64,000 nucleotides of DNA from contig NC_043013.1 in the NCBI RefSeq assembly GCF_006345805.1, positions 48,856,001 to 48,920,000 of the forward strand. Reading direction: 5' to 3'. The translations under genes and the position numbers were made by a program. The notes under the pieces were generated by a model, which worked only from the letters and a program-made list of their open reading frames with translations, had not been told where the DNA came from and ran no database searches. Positions 1 to 13,576 of the stretch are shown here, in pieces (position 1 is the first letter of the stretch; the number at the start of each line of letters is the position of its first letter). Source of the stretch: Octopus sinensis (taxonomy: Eukaryota).

Positions 1-934
1 GAAAAACAACGATGTTAACACGACGAGGGTCGGAGCGGAGTGAAAGGCAGATTTCGGCCAACAGTCACGTGACAGAGAAGAGGGAAAAGAAAAGAAAGGA
101 AGCAAAGGGAAGAGAGAGAGAGAGGAGGGACCAAACGCAACAAAGAGAGAAGAGAGAGAAAGAAGGAATCAGAGAGGAGAAGGGATGGGTGTCGAAGAAT
201 GACCTGTGAGTGCAGAGCGAGACAAAGAAATAGGAGGGTAGTGGAAGACTAGACCAAAGAATCAGAGGAAAGAGAAGAGAAAAAGAGGATGAGTAGAGAG
301 AAAAGAGAGAGAGGGGGACAGATCAAGTAAAATGAGAGAGAGAGAGACAAACAGAGAGTCGTACCAATTATTAAGAATATGTGCTCACATAATGATAAGG
401 GGGGTACGGGGCGCCTGGAATATATGTTAAGGTATGTAGAAAAATACACATGGACAAGAACGTATAACTCTTAGAAGACGGTACAATAAACATGGACAAG
501 ACATTCGAAACCCTCAGTCTTCAGTCAAGAACCGGATCATCGTAGTAATCGGCTGATTAATCTTGAGATTACTAGATCACGGCCAGCCCTCCAAGAAAAA
601 CTAAGCAACGAGCATTAGAAAAACTAAGCTGGAAGCGTAGATTTCCTGGAAGAAGGATCGAATGCATACGAACACCAGGACAGCAAAAGGGACAGATATA
701 AAAAAAAACAAAAAACAATAAGGAATACAGAAACATGAAATACAGAAGCATTAACGGTGAAAACAACAGGTGTCTTACGACTGATAACAAGCAAACAAAT
801 TTTTTCTCTGGCGCATTGGAAGAAGCCTTATAGCGGCGACGAAAAACAACGATGTTAACACGACGAGGGTCAGGAGCTGAAAGGCAGATTTCGGCCAACA
901 GTCACGTGACAGAGAAGAGGGAAAAGAAAAGAAA
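1..934. repeat. Pair of ~95-bp direct repeats (1-98 and 841-934) spaced 840 bp apart, with a GA-rich tract between; probable interspersed-element fragment or tandem unit
   Basis: gaaaaacaacgatgttaacacgacgagggtc...ggcagatttcggccaacagtcacgtgacagagaagagggaaaagaaaagaaag occurs at 1 and again at 841 with a few differences. Confidence 0.75.
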
Positions 935-939
935 GAGAT

Positions 940-941
940 AA

Positions 942-989
<48 letters not shown>

Positions 990-1004
990 ATATTGATATA
1001 TAAT

Positions 1005-1053
<49 letters not shown>

Positions 1054-1129
1054 TATAAATACATATATTATATATATATATATTATATATACATATATAT
1101 ATAGTATATATATATATATATATATATAA

Positions 1130-1179
<50 letters not shown>

Positions 1180-1251
1180 AACATATATCTATATATATAT
1201 ATATATATATATAAATAAAACATCTATATATATATCTATATTATACAATAC

Positions 1252-1350
<99 letters not shown>

Positions 1351-1431
1351 CGTATAATATATTATATATATATATAGAATATATATATATATATATAATA
1401 TATATATATATAATATATATATATTACATAA

Positions 1432-1470
<39 letters not shown>

Positions 1471-2040
1471 CTATATATATATATATATATATAATATAAT
1501 AACTATATATATATATGTATATATATATTATATATATATGTATATATACATATTAATATATATATATATATATATATATAACTACAATATAATATATATA
1601 TATATATATAATATATAATACATTATATATACATATATATACATAATTATATATATATATAACTATATATATAATATACGGTAGATATATTATACATACA
1701 TTATATATAGTATCTATTATAGGTATATATATATTATATATACTATATATATATGTATATATATATGTAATATATAACATATATATATGTATATATAATA
1801 TGTATAGATTACATATATATATATATATATGTATATAATATGTATATATATATATCTATATATAAATATTATATATATATATTATTTAATATATATATAT
1901 TAAATACTATATACGTATATATATATATATATATACATATTATATATATATATCATATATATATATATTATATATATATATATATATACCATATAATATA
2001 TGTATTTATATATATATAATATATATATACATACATATGT
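940..2040. repeat. Long imperfect (AT)n microsatellite
   Basis: About 1.1 kb of almost pure AT dinucleotide; explains the YI-rich ORFs. Confidence 0.97.
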
Positions 2041-2304
2041 TTGTGCATTTATATATATATACATACATATGTTTGTGCATATACAAATATAGATATGTAT
2101 ATGTATATGTGTGTGTGCGAGCGTATGTGTATACGTGTTTATTTAAGCATATGTACATGTGTCTTATATCCAATATATAAATGTGTGTATGTGTGTGTGG
2201 ATGCGCACATGACAAAATATGTTGTAATGTTTTCTTTTCATGTTGTCTTAAATTATTTTATGATTATTTTAGCATTGTTTTATTTATATTTTTAGCGATA
2301 ATTC

Positions 2305-2565
2305 AGTAGTAGTAGTAGTAGTAGTAGTTGTTGTAGTAGTAGCAGTAGTTGTAGTAGTAGTAGTAATAATAGTAGTAGTATTAGTATTATTATTATTATT
2401 AGTAGTAGTAGTATTGGTATTAGTAGTAGTTGTAATAGTAGTAGTATTAGTATTAGTATTAGTAGTAGTGGTGGTGGTGGTAGTAGTAGTAGTGGCAGTA
2501 GTAGTAGTAGTAGTAGTTAGTAGTAGTGGTAGTAGTAGTAGTTAGTAGTCGTAGTAGTAGTAGCA

Positions 2566-2613
<48 letters not shown>

Positions 2614-2728
2614 TAGTAGTTAGTTGTAGTAGTAGTAGTTAGTAGTAGTAGTAGTAGTTTGTAGTAGTAGTAGTAGTAGTAGTTAGTAGTAGTAGTAGTT
2701 AGTAGTAGTAGTAGTTAGTAGTAGTAGT

Positions 2729-2759
<31 letters not shown>

Positions 2760-2787
2760 TGTAGTAGTAGTAGTAGTGGCAGTAGTA
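2305..2787. repeat. (TAG)n microsatellite with TAGT interruptions
   Basis: Direct reading. Confidence 0.97.
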
Positions 2788-4181
2788 TATTGATGTTTTG
2801 GAAGTGCACCAGTATAAAGAAGTAATAGCATCCCTGATAGGTGTTGTAGTAGCAGCTGCAATAGCGTTCTCGTTTTGTTAGATGAGAAATGAAAGTTGAC
2901 AGTTGACAGTGGAAACGCATTGTTGCCCGTAAGTGTATTTAGATGTCACTTAGCTTTCTGTCTCTAGTAAAGAACAGACAGGAATCTTTGTTTAGACCAA
3001 TGACATATTACAGTAACAGACAACGAACCTTGAACTCGGTCCCAGTAGTTCCGCATCCCGTTTGCTAACGATTGCTGTAGCAACTGGGATAAACTGCAAT
3101 TAAAAGCGATCACTGCAATTAAAACTGACAACGAATGTTAAACATGACAATGACGATAAGAACCACAACAAAACCAATCGACTACTTGTTTGGTAATTCA
3201 TCACAAATCACCCACCATCCAACGAGTCCTACTCGTTCGGACTACTCTGCCAGGCTGCTGCTGCCTGTTGCCAATGGATGCTAACGCATGTGGCTAATCA
3301 AATCAATGAGTTTTTTCCCTCACATACCAAGCACGGAGTTGGTTGGTATTCATTCGCGTTTATATATCTCCTTGTACCAGTTACAATAAGTAATGTTATC
3401 CATGTGATTTTAATACCCAAGTCATTGCGCTCTGGTGACAAGGTCCTGTTAATTATCTTTACTCTGCCACTGATCACCGACACGAAATGATTCTCAGTCA
3501 CAACTAAATGCTAAAGACTCCGATCTATCCAACAGTTTTCATATTATTTTTCTTTCTAACAAAGCAATGCACTTATGGATAGCTGCTGGTCTATCACTGC
3601 GGACTGTTAAACGCTTTTCAAAGAGGTATGTTACTTTTTGTTATGATAAGATTTTTTTTTCTTTTCTTATCCTAACACTTTTAAGAGCTCGCTTCTCATT
3701 CTTCATCGCTATACAATTTGACAATCTCTAGATTACTTCAACTGAATAAATAGTAACTATAGAAATACATCGCTTTGTTTACATTCTGCAAAAATATGTT
3801 TAGTTTTCTATTCAGGAGTTATGTTAGGTTAATATCATCCACGATGCAAAATTATCTTGTATGGTATTTTAGTCTATATATCGATATTTTGGCAGTACAT
3901 ATTTTCCCTCTAGCTCATCAGTCGTTCCCATGATTTTCTTCACCACCAAAGCAATAAACAATGCAACATTTTTATTTATAAACATTTCATTTTGAAGATT
4001 AGAAAAATCTTTTGAAGAATGTATCTCGTTTTCGTGCAGTTCTACCTTTTTATTGCCTGCACATAAATGCATTGACTTTATGCGCACATATATTTACACG
4101 CAAGCTGATAGGCTAAGAAAACAAATGAACATACTTGTGCATGCGTAAGTAAATGCAACACGAAATGCACACAATGTTGCA

Positions 4182-4224
<43 letters not shown>

Positions 4225-4586
4225 GCACGAACACACATTCATACTCACACACACACGCACACATAGATGTACACCCCAACTACTTTCGATATCAATGTAA
4301 TCTGTTTATTAGGCCTAATTTCAGTTTCGTTCGGAGATGGAAAATATGGACACAAAATGAGAAAAACAAAATATATTTTGGAATTAGAAGAACTGCACAG
4401 CATCCAAGTAGAGCAAAGCTCGGTCGCCAGCTTATCGCTGGCTGCACCGCCCTAAACAGTGGCGTAAACAGATTTACACACTTGGTGTAAAATCACAGTA
4501 GCTCAAGTTTGGGGCACCCTTGGATGACCTCATATATGCATATATATGATTTGCATATACGTATGTTTGTATGTATGCATTGTATC

Positions 4587-4975
<389 letters not shown>

Positions 4976-5083
4976 TATATAAGAGTGTGTGTTATTTATT
5001 AAAAGCACAGCTACGCAAATTTTAATATATTTTTAAATACTTTTTCAATACTTTTTTAGCTTTTACTAAAACTACTGCTGCTG

Positions 5084-5140
<57 letters not shown>

Positions 5141-5239
5141 TTACTGCTGCTGCTACTACTACTACACACACCACACACACGCTCACACATATGTGGAATA
5201 AACGGCACTAGAGTCATTCGGTAACTTCTGCCAAGTAAC

Positions 5240-5269
<30 letters not shown>

Positions 5270-5277
<8 letters not shown>

Positions 5278-5440
5278 GTTTCAAATTTTGGCACCAGGCA
5301 AACCACTTTAGAGGAGGGGCCAAGTCGATTACATCGACCTCAGTGCTCAACTGCTACTTATCTTATCGATCCCGAAAGAATGAAAAACAAAGGCTGAAAA
5401 AAGTGGATTTGAACTCAGAACGTTAAGAGCAGGAAAAGAA
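5270..5440 (-). mobile_element. SINE family B, partial degraded copy
   Basis: Reverse complement of ttctgagttcaaatccact...tcattctttcgggatcgataagataagtagcag matches the family B body. Confidence 0.7.
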
Positions 5441-5665
5441 AATTCTTTCTACTGTATTGTATAATTTTGTGGGGAGTGACACATCAACCCCCCAGTGTTC
5501 AAATGGTATTTATTTTATATACACGTCTCCCCTTCACCACCAACACCTAGACATATAACAGTTCTTTTAAAAAATAAGTACGGAAAAAATATTTATAAAC
5601 TATATTTATACGCATTCTTCATTATATTCTTTTAGTCATGTTTGTGTATATAATTTTTTGTAGAA

Positions 5666-6055
5666 TAGGCGCAGGAGTGGCTGTGTGGTAAGTAGCTTGC
5701 TTACCAACCACATGGTTCCGGGTTCAGTCCCACTGCGTGGCACCTTGGGCAAGTGTCTTCTACTATAGTCTCGGGCCGACCAAAGCCTTGTGAGTGGATT
5801 TGGCAGACGGAAACTGAAAGAAGCATGTCGAATATATGTCTATATATATATATGCGTGTGTGTGTTTGTGCGTCTGTGTTTGTCCCCCTAGCATTGCTTG
5901 ACAACCGATGCTGTTGTGTTTATGTCCCCGTAAATTAGCGGTTTGGCAAAAGAGACCGATAGAATAAGTACTGGGCTTACAAAAGAATAAGTCCCGGCGT
6001 CGAGTTGCATGGCCGCAGTCAAATGACTGAAACAAGTAAAAGAGTAAAGAGTAAA
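5666..6055 (+). mobile_element. tRNA-derived SINE family A, full length
   Basis: Head ggcgcaggagtggctgtgtggtaag (A box), ggttcagtccc (B-box-like), internal (AT)/(GT) tract, tail (agtaaaag)n; near-identical copies at 26108 and 49012. Confidence 0.9.
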
Positions 6056-6384
6056 CTATAATAAAAATTGTTCAAAGTCTTGCTTTTTAATGAAAATATA
6101 TTTTAGTAAGTTACGCCTTAGCTAAAACACAGGTAAAATATATTTTAGATAAGCAGCAGTGAACAGGTATATGTTTAAGAGATAGGAAATGAAAATATTA
6201 AAACTTAGGTCGTATGAAATGCATCGTCGTTCTCAGGCAAAACATTCTGTATTTTGGCAAACTGATAGTTTTTATTTGAAAATATAACTATGGAAAAAAA
6301 CTTATACGCATTCTTCGTTATATTCTTTTAGTCATGTTTGTATATGTAATCTATATTCACACATATCCGTATAATTATGTATAT

Positions 6385-6411
6385 ACTTATGTACGTATAT
6401 ATATAATATAT

Positions 6412-6444
<33 letters not shown>

Positions 6445-6639
6445 TATATGATATGTATGTATGTATACAAATACACACACACACATATATGTATGTATAT
6501 ATATATATGTATATATATGTATGTAGGCATGTATACATACATACAAGTAAGCACATAAATGCAAAACAAGGTGGAGTAAAATAGCACTTGTATGTTTGTG
6601 AAAATACTGCAGCTTTAATGAAAGTGTATATATATGTAT

Positions 6640-6695
<56 letters not shown>

Positions 6696-6710
6696 ATATA
6701 TATATACATA

Positions 6711-6744
<34 letters not shown>

Positions 6745-6809
6745 ATATATATTATACATATATATATATATATATGTATGTATAATATATATATACATAT
6801 ATATGGTAG

Positions 6810-6870
<61 letters not shown>

Positions 6871-6941
6871 ATATCTACATATATATGTATATATATATAT
6901 ATTATAATATATTATATATATAATATTATATATGGTATATG

Positions 6942-6976
<35 letters not shown>

Positions 6977-6978
6977 GT

Positions 6979-7017
<39 letters not shown>

Positions 7018-7100
7018 GTATATATAATATATATATATACATATATATATAGATATATATATGTATGTATATACATCTATATAAGATATATATATGTATG

Positions 7101-7153
<53 letters not shown>

Positions 7154-7455
7154 GTATATGTATATGTATATACATATATATATCAATATATATATAAATA
7201 TAAATGTTTTTTACTTATTATATATTGATTATTCATTTTTATACTTTTCGTGATCTTGTTATATGTTTTATGAAATATATATGTTATTTTTTATTTATGA
7301 TTTGGTTTATGTCTACCATTGTTTGAATTGCAGAATAGTGATTCTTCCCTTATATATATATATTATATATATAAAATATATATATGCATATATATATATA
7401 TATATATATACACTCACATACACATATGTATGTATATATAAATATATACATACAT
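6385..7455. repeat. Imperfect (AT)n/(ATGT)n microsatellite block
   Basis: Direct reading. Confidence 0.93.
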
Positions 7456-7486
7456 AGTATATACAGAGAGAAAGAGAGAGAGGAGG

Positions 7487-7841
7487 GGTGAGAAGCTTGC
7501 TTTCCAATCGCACGGTTCTGGCTTCAGTTCTATTGCGTAGCACCTCGGGCAAATGTCTTCTACTATAGCCTCGTTGCAAGTGGATTTGGTAGATAGAAAC
7601 TGAAAGAAATTCCTCGCATCCTTTATTTGTTTTAGGCAATAGACTGCGGCCATGCTAGGGTATCGCCTTGAACAATCTTAAATCGAATGAATCGACCGCA
7701 TTACTTATTTATTTATTTATTTATTTTTAAAGTCGGATACTTACTCTATCGGTCACTTTTGCCGAACCGCTAATTTACAGAACGTAAACTAGCAGCGCTT
7801 GTCATGTGGAGGTGCGGGACAAACAGACACGAAGGTACACA

Positions 7842-7883
<42 letters not shown>

Positions 7884-8085
7884 ACAGACACACACACACA
7901 AAGACATACACAAACACACACACACATACACGACAGTTTTCTTTCAGATTCCTTCTACTAAATCCACTCACAAAGCTTTGGTCTGCCTGAGACTATAGTA
8001 AAAGACACTTACCCAATGTGCCACATAGTGAGACTGAACCCTGAACAATGTTGTTAGGAAGCAAGCTTCTTACCACAGAGTCACG

Positions 8086-8116
<31 letters not shown>

Positions 8117-8502
8117 GATATATATATATAATATATATACCACATGGTTCCGGGTTCAGTCCTACTGCGTGGCACCTTGGGCAGGTGTCTTCTTCTATAG
8201 CATCGGGCCGACCAAAGCCTTGTGAGTGGATTTGGTAGACGGAAACTGAAAAGAAGCCCGTCGTACATATGTAAAAATTTGTGTGTGTTTGTGTGTCTGT
8301 GATTGTCCCCCCAACATCGCTTGACAACCGATGCTGGTGTGTTTGCGTTCCCGTAACTTAGCGGTTCGGCGAAAGAGACCGATACAATAAGTAGTAGGCT
8401 TACAAAGAATAAGTCCTGGGGTCGATTTGCCAGACTAAAAGGCGGAGCACCAGCATGGCCGCAGTCAAATGACTGAAACCAGTAAAAGAGTAAAAGAGTA
8501 AA
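7487..8502. mobile_element. Tangle of SINE family A copies: + head 7487-7620, older - copy 7621-8085, (AT)n, 5'-truncated + copy 8139-8502
   Basis: Family A diagnostic strings (gggcaagtgtcttctactatagc, aaagccttgtgagtggatttggtagacggaaactgaaag, gcatggccgcagtc) on both strands. Confidence 0.85.
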
Positions 8503-8822
8503 ACTGTAATATAAATGCGCGCGTGCGCGTGTCTGTCTGTGTATTTTGTGTCCTTATGCTTGTCTCACACTATTATTGGTTTATTTATGTTCTCGTAAGG
8601 CAGCGGTTCCACAAAACTGACTGATAGACTAATTATCAGGTTGAAAAAAGTCCTGGGATCATTAATTCGACTAAACATTCTTCAAACGATGTGCCCCCCC
8701 CCCACCACCACCAGCCAGCATAGCCGCAGTCTAATGACTGAATCAAATAAAAAATAAGAGATATATGTACAAATATATAGATGTACATTTATATGTGCAT
8801 ACCTACACACATACACACACAC

Positions 8823-8894
<72 letters not shown>

Positions 8895-9013
8895 AACTCA
8901 CACACACATAAATATATTTATATATACATACATGTATGCATATGCATACATATACATGCATATATGTATATATGTATGTATGTATATATGTGTATGTGTG
9001 TATACATATATAC

Positions 9014-9180
9014 ACGCAGGCCTAGGCGTGGCTGTGTGGTGAGAAGCTTGCTTTTCAACGACATGGTTCCGGGATTAATCCCACTGCGTGGCATCTTGGG
9101 CAAGTGTCTTCTACTATAGCCTCAGGCCGACCAAAGCCTTGTGAGTGGATTCGGTAGACGGAAATTAAAAGAAGCCCGTC

Positions 9181-9228
<48 letters not shown>

Positions 9229-9412
9229 TTGTGTCTTTCTTTGTCCCACGACGGCTGACAACGATGTTGGTGTGTTTACGTCCCTGTAACATAGCGGTTC
9301 GGCAAAAAGTTCGATAGAATAAGCACTAGATTTACAGAGAGTAAGTCTGGCATCGATTTGTTCGACTAGAAGCGGTGCTCCAACAAGGCCGCAGACAAAT
9401 GACTGAATAAGT
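9014..9412 (+). mobile_element. SINE family A copy
   Basis: gcgtggctgtgtggtgagaagcttg...cactgcgtggcatcttgggcaagtgtc...ggccgcagacaaatgactgaa. Confidence 0.88.
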
Positions 9413-9434
9413 AATATATATATATATATTATAT

Positions 9435-9468
<34 letters not shown>

Positions 9469-9473
9469 ATATA

Positions 9474-9655
9474 TAACGGGAAGGTTTACGAAAATAAACA
9501 AAAGACGAAGGTAGTTAGAGTACAAACAAACAAATGTATTAGTATGGCGCTCAGGAATAGAAATAGAACCAGTCTTTTACGTTTCGAGCCTACGCTCTTC
9601 GACAGAAGGATACACAGAAAAAATCAAGGAGAGAAACAAGGAGAGAATGGATGCG
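9474..9655 (-). mobile_element. Hammerhead-motif short retroelement, copy with long (TA)n tail
   Basis: Nearly identical to the TSD-flanked 52235-52534 insertion; minus strand reads ctgtcga-a-gagc-gtag-gctc-gaaac-gta-aaag. Confidence 0.8.
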
Positions 9656-9893
9656 TATGGACTAGTGGTTAGAGTGTTCGACACATGATGGTAAGATTGT
9701 GGTTTCGATTCATAGACGGGGCGACGCGTTGTGTTCTTGAGCAAAACACTTCATTTCAGGTTGCTGCAGTCCACTCAGCTGGCAAAAAGGAGTAATCCTG
9801 CGTCGGACCAGTGTCCCGTCCAGGTGGGGAATATATATGTCATTGAACGGGAAACTGGACTGGCCCTCATGAGTCTGGCATGGATCGAGAAGG

Positions 9894-9895
<2 letters not shown>
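9652..9895 (+). mobile_element. tRNA-derived SINE, V-SINE-like
   Basis: A box tggactagtgg, B box ggtttcgattc, body gttcttgagcaaaacactt...cctgcgtcggaccagtgtcccgtccagg resembles V-SINE central domains (from memory), (AT)n tail. Confidence 0.6.
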
Positions 9896-9964
<69 letters not shown>

Positions 9965-10400
9965 GTTTATAAACTGAGGATATAATCATTAAAATTATCA
10001 TATCAGTGGATAGCGTATAATGAAACCGCTTTGATCTACTAGTACCCTTAATTATAATTTATATCTTAAATATATATTGGTATAAGAAAAAATGGGATTA
10101 AAAAATCCTGGCAGATATCAAGTGCACACTCAGTATAAAGGAATATGGTTAAATTTCCAACGAGTAGATACCAGTAAATGTTTATAGACCACAAATCCCG
10201 AGTAAATTCTTATGTATGACAGGTAAATTCAACAATCCTTAAGCAGCATGTTAAGAAATTCAGAGTATAAACAGCAAACAATTGTTCAGGACGATGGAAA
10301 TCATATCTTTATTTTAGATCACACATTAAAAATCCCAAAACTGTTTCAATAGCATTAACATGTATACATGTATGCATATATATTCACAAACACATACACA

Positions 10401-10689
10401 TCATCATCATCATCATTGTTCGACCTTAAATATGGTTTCTGATTTCAAATATCTTGGGTCATACATATCATCATCTGGAAAAGATTTTCTAACTAGAAAG
10501 GGTATGGCCTGGTCAGCCTGTAATGACATGCATAAGATCTGGTCATCAAATCTAAGTAGAGACTTCAAACTTGAAATCTTCAAAGCCACAGTCGAACCAA
10601 TTCTACTATATGGCTCAGAAACCTGGACGTTATCAAAGAAGCTTGAGAGGCGGTTGGATGGGACCTACACTCGCCTCCTTATGAGAGCT
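10401..10689 (+). mobile_element. RTE-type LINE reverse-transcriptase C-terminal fragment, TSD-flanked, 5'-inverted structure
   Basis: Translation DFKYLGSYISSSGKDFLTRKGMAWSACNDMHKIWSS...VEPILLYGSETWTLSKKLERRLDGTYTRLLMRA; 14-bp direct repeat caaacacatacaca at 10387-10400 and 10690-10703. Confidence 0.9.
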
Positions 10690-11275
10690 CAAACACATAC
10701 ACAAATACACACACTCACTCACACACATATGCAGAATATCATTAAAATTATTAATATGTATGAACATTTATGTCAATACAACATTATCAAGGCAATCCAA
10801 ATTGGTAAAATTCTAACTGAACATCTGGAAAAATTTTATAATTATTATCTGTAGTTTTTTTTCCTTTAGCGTAACGTAGAATTCTTTTCTGTAGTTTTTG
10901 TTCTTTAGATAACCAGTGACATCATCAATTTTAGTAAATAAATATAATCATTTTCTACATTAGGCTTTTTGTTATATAAATCTCAAATTGTCGAAAAATA
11001 TGGAACTAGTATGGTATTTTTTATATTGTATTTTTATAAATTAAATTAGTTGTTTAATCACGCCGCTCTTGGTTGGACGAATGAATGTCTAAAGTTAAAT
11101 TTGGTTCGGCGTTCCTTTTTTGTTAGCATGTTTTAAGAGCTAAACTTTTTTCAGATGTTCAGTGAGAATTTCACCAATTTGGATTACCTTGATAATGTTG
11201 TGTTGAGATAACTTTTCGTACATTTACTATTAATTTTAATTTTATTTATATACATATATAATAAATATATATTCT

Positions 11276-11358
<83 letters not shown>

Positions 11359-11479
11359 AAGGACAACTACTTAATAAGGAAAACTTAACAAGAAATTGTC
11401 AGGTAGATAGCGTAAAAACCTCATAAGAGAAAAATTTCGAAAATAATTATTTCTTATTGAACATATTAATTTATATATA

Positions 11480-11800
11480 GAGGGCATAATTATACACTAC
11501 ATGCCAGAGGCATTATATATACTTGCCAAACGCTAAGAGGGACAATCAGTCATTTCTACCAAAAAATATTACTAATCCCACCGAATGCAATTTTTCAAAG
11601 TAAGACTTTAAAAATAGGCCTGTGATGATTGCGTAAGTATGAAATCACTGTGATACAGGCCTATATTTTTAAATGTCTTACTTTGAAAAATTGCATTCGG
11701 TGGGATTAGTAATATTTTTGGTAGAAATGACTGATTGTCCCTCTTAGCGTTTGGCAAGTATATATAATGCCTCCTGGCATGTATGTATAATTATGCCCTC
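11480..11800. mobile_element. Foldback MITE, ~145-bp inverted arms, 30-bp spacer, TA flanks (Tc1/mariner-type target)
   Basis: 11480-11624 is the near-perfect reverse complement of 11655-11800 (gagggcataattatac...gtataattatgccctc). Confidence 0.88.
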
Positions 11801-11842
<42 letters not shown>

Positions 11843-12094
11843 CCTTGAACCCACAAGAGTAAAAAAGAGAGACAGAGACAGAAACAAGGAGAATACCACT
11901 TGTATTTGAACACTATGCAAATATTCTTTTAAAAACTTTTCTTTTAACTTTTCCAAAGTTTAATTGTTTTCCATACTTACATTTGAAAAAGTCTCAATAA
12001 CTGAAACCAGTACTGAAATGTTTTTTATAAATTTATTTTAGCATTTTCTACCTTGACTTTTTTTTCCATATATATATATATATATATATATATG

Positions 12095-12272
12095 TGGTTA
12101 CCGATGATGTTGACTTGTTCTTCTTTTCGGATTATGGCTGCTGTTGTTTAGTGAGTGGGATTGACAACCTTTCCTCACTTAAAAAGAAATCTTCTTGCAC
12201 AGGCATTGCACGATAACATGATTAAGCTTCATGCAATGGCCATACTCGATAACGAGGGGGCATCCACCATGT
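12095..12272 (+). mobile_element. Repeat family D (RTE-related non-autonomous element), 5'-truncated
   Basis: tggttaccgatgatgttgacttgttcttcttttcggattatggctg...ggccatactcgataacgaggggcatccaccat shared with 23267-23577 (-) and 58255-58572 (+). Confidence 0.8.
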
Positions 12273-12300
12273 ATATTATATATATATATTATATATTATA

Positions 12301-12351
<51 letters not shown>

Positions 12352-12906
12352 TAGTCTATTCGTTATGCGTTGGGTTACCGGAAACTCTAAGTTTCCCAGC
12401 AACAGAGTATAGTTTCCTGGGTTTTTTCTTTTCAGGTTATTTCGCATGCTTTCGGTGAATGCGACATCGAAATCACGCGTAAACGACTCTTTTCTCCTGC
12501 AAAAGAAAGAATTGGGTGTTATTTATTGCACACCATGCTGCTACCACGTACCAGGTATTTCGGGTCCTTTATTGCAAATAGCTGTTAAATGGTAGCAGGG
12601 CGTGCTAGAAATAGCAGCCAAAATCTTTGGAGGTGAGATATGTTGAGTACACACGAAAAAAACCATGGAGAACTATTTCACACCGAGGTTACGAACGGGT
12701 CTTTCATGAAATATTGACCGTATTTTTAAAATCATTTTCACTTTAAAATCGTTTTTAAGTATGCCAAAAAAAATTTTGTAATGGTATTCACTTGAAAATA
12801 ATTTTAAAAAATAACATTAAAATTGTGTCTATTTGAAGAAAGCTAAAATATAAATACCTACTGTACAAACAACTAACAATTTTGAAATCACATTCACTTA
12901 GAAATA

Positions 12907-13298
12907 TCTCTATATCTCTATATAAAGCTGAAGTTGTCTGTGTATGGCAGGTTTGGTAGTCTTCAACTAACACTATCTCCTCCGAGACCCTGCGGCGCAA
13001 GTTGACCAAAATTGAGAGTATGATAGAAGGCTTGCTCTTCCTTCCGTACAAGAAAAATTCAAATTGGACCATGTTAGCACCAGCAATTATTTACATAAAA
13101 AAGATGCTTTTTTTTATGAAAATCACTATTTTTTACGATTTTTTTACTTCAGTGTCGCCATTTTTCGGTGTATTTCAACCAGAAAAATGTTCATTTAAAG
13201 GGAATAACAAGCTACATAAGGCAAAATTTTTACTTTTCAAAAATTCCAATTCTAAAGGGTCGAAACAAACCCGAGCAACGCCGGGCGATACTGCTTGT
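12907..13298 (+). mobile_element. Non-autonomous Helitron-like element
   Basis: 5' a|tctctatat start; 3' hairpin cccg-agcaacgc-cggg (13270-13285) followed by CTTG|T, a CTAG variant (13294-13298). Confidence 0.65.
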
Positions 13299-13576
13299 GT
13301 TTAAAATACAATGTTTAACAAAAGCGAAAACAGAAACATTTAACATAAAAAAAAAATAATTTTTTTCGTTGTCAAATCACTGTCTAATCAATAGAGTTTC
13401 TTTCCCTTCAGGATGAAGTTATATTCGGAACATTTTCCCATTATACACCGTTTAGAGAACTTATAGACTCAAACCCCGAATATCTCAATAACTACTGCTC
13501 CGATTTACGCGAATCTTCTTATATATAGCGATTTTTTTCCCCTGTCTTCCCTTCTCGGGATCTTTCCTTCTCCTAT

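Noticed and set aside
490-535. Possible hammerhead on the minus strand (ctgaaga...cgaatgtc)
   Set aside because: GAAA is replaced by GAAT, and neither stem I nor stem II pairs convincingly
2790-2900. Possible CR1-like 3' fragment on the minus strand (CYYNTYQGC)
   Set aside because: Too short and degenerate to support
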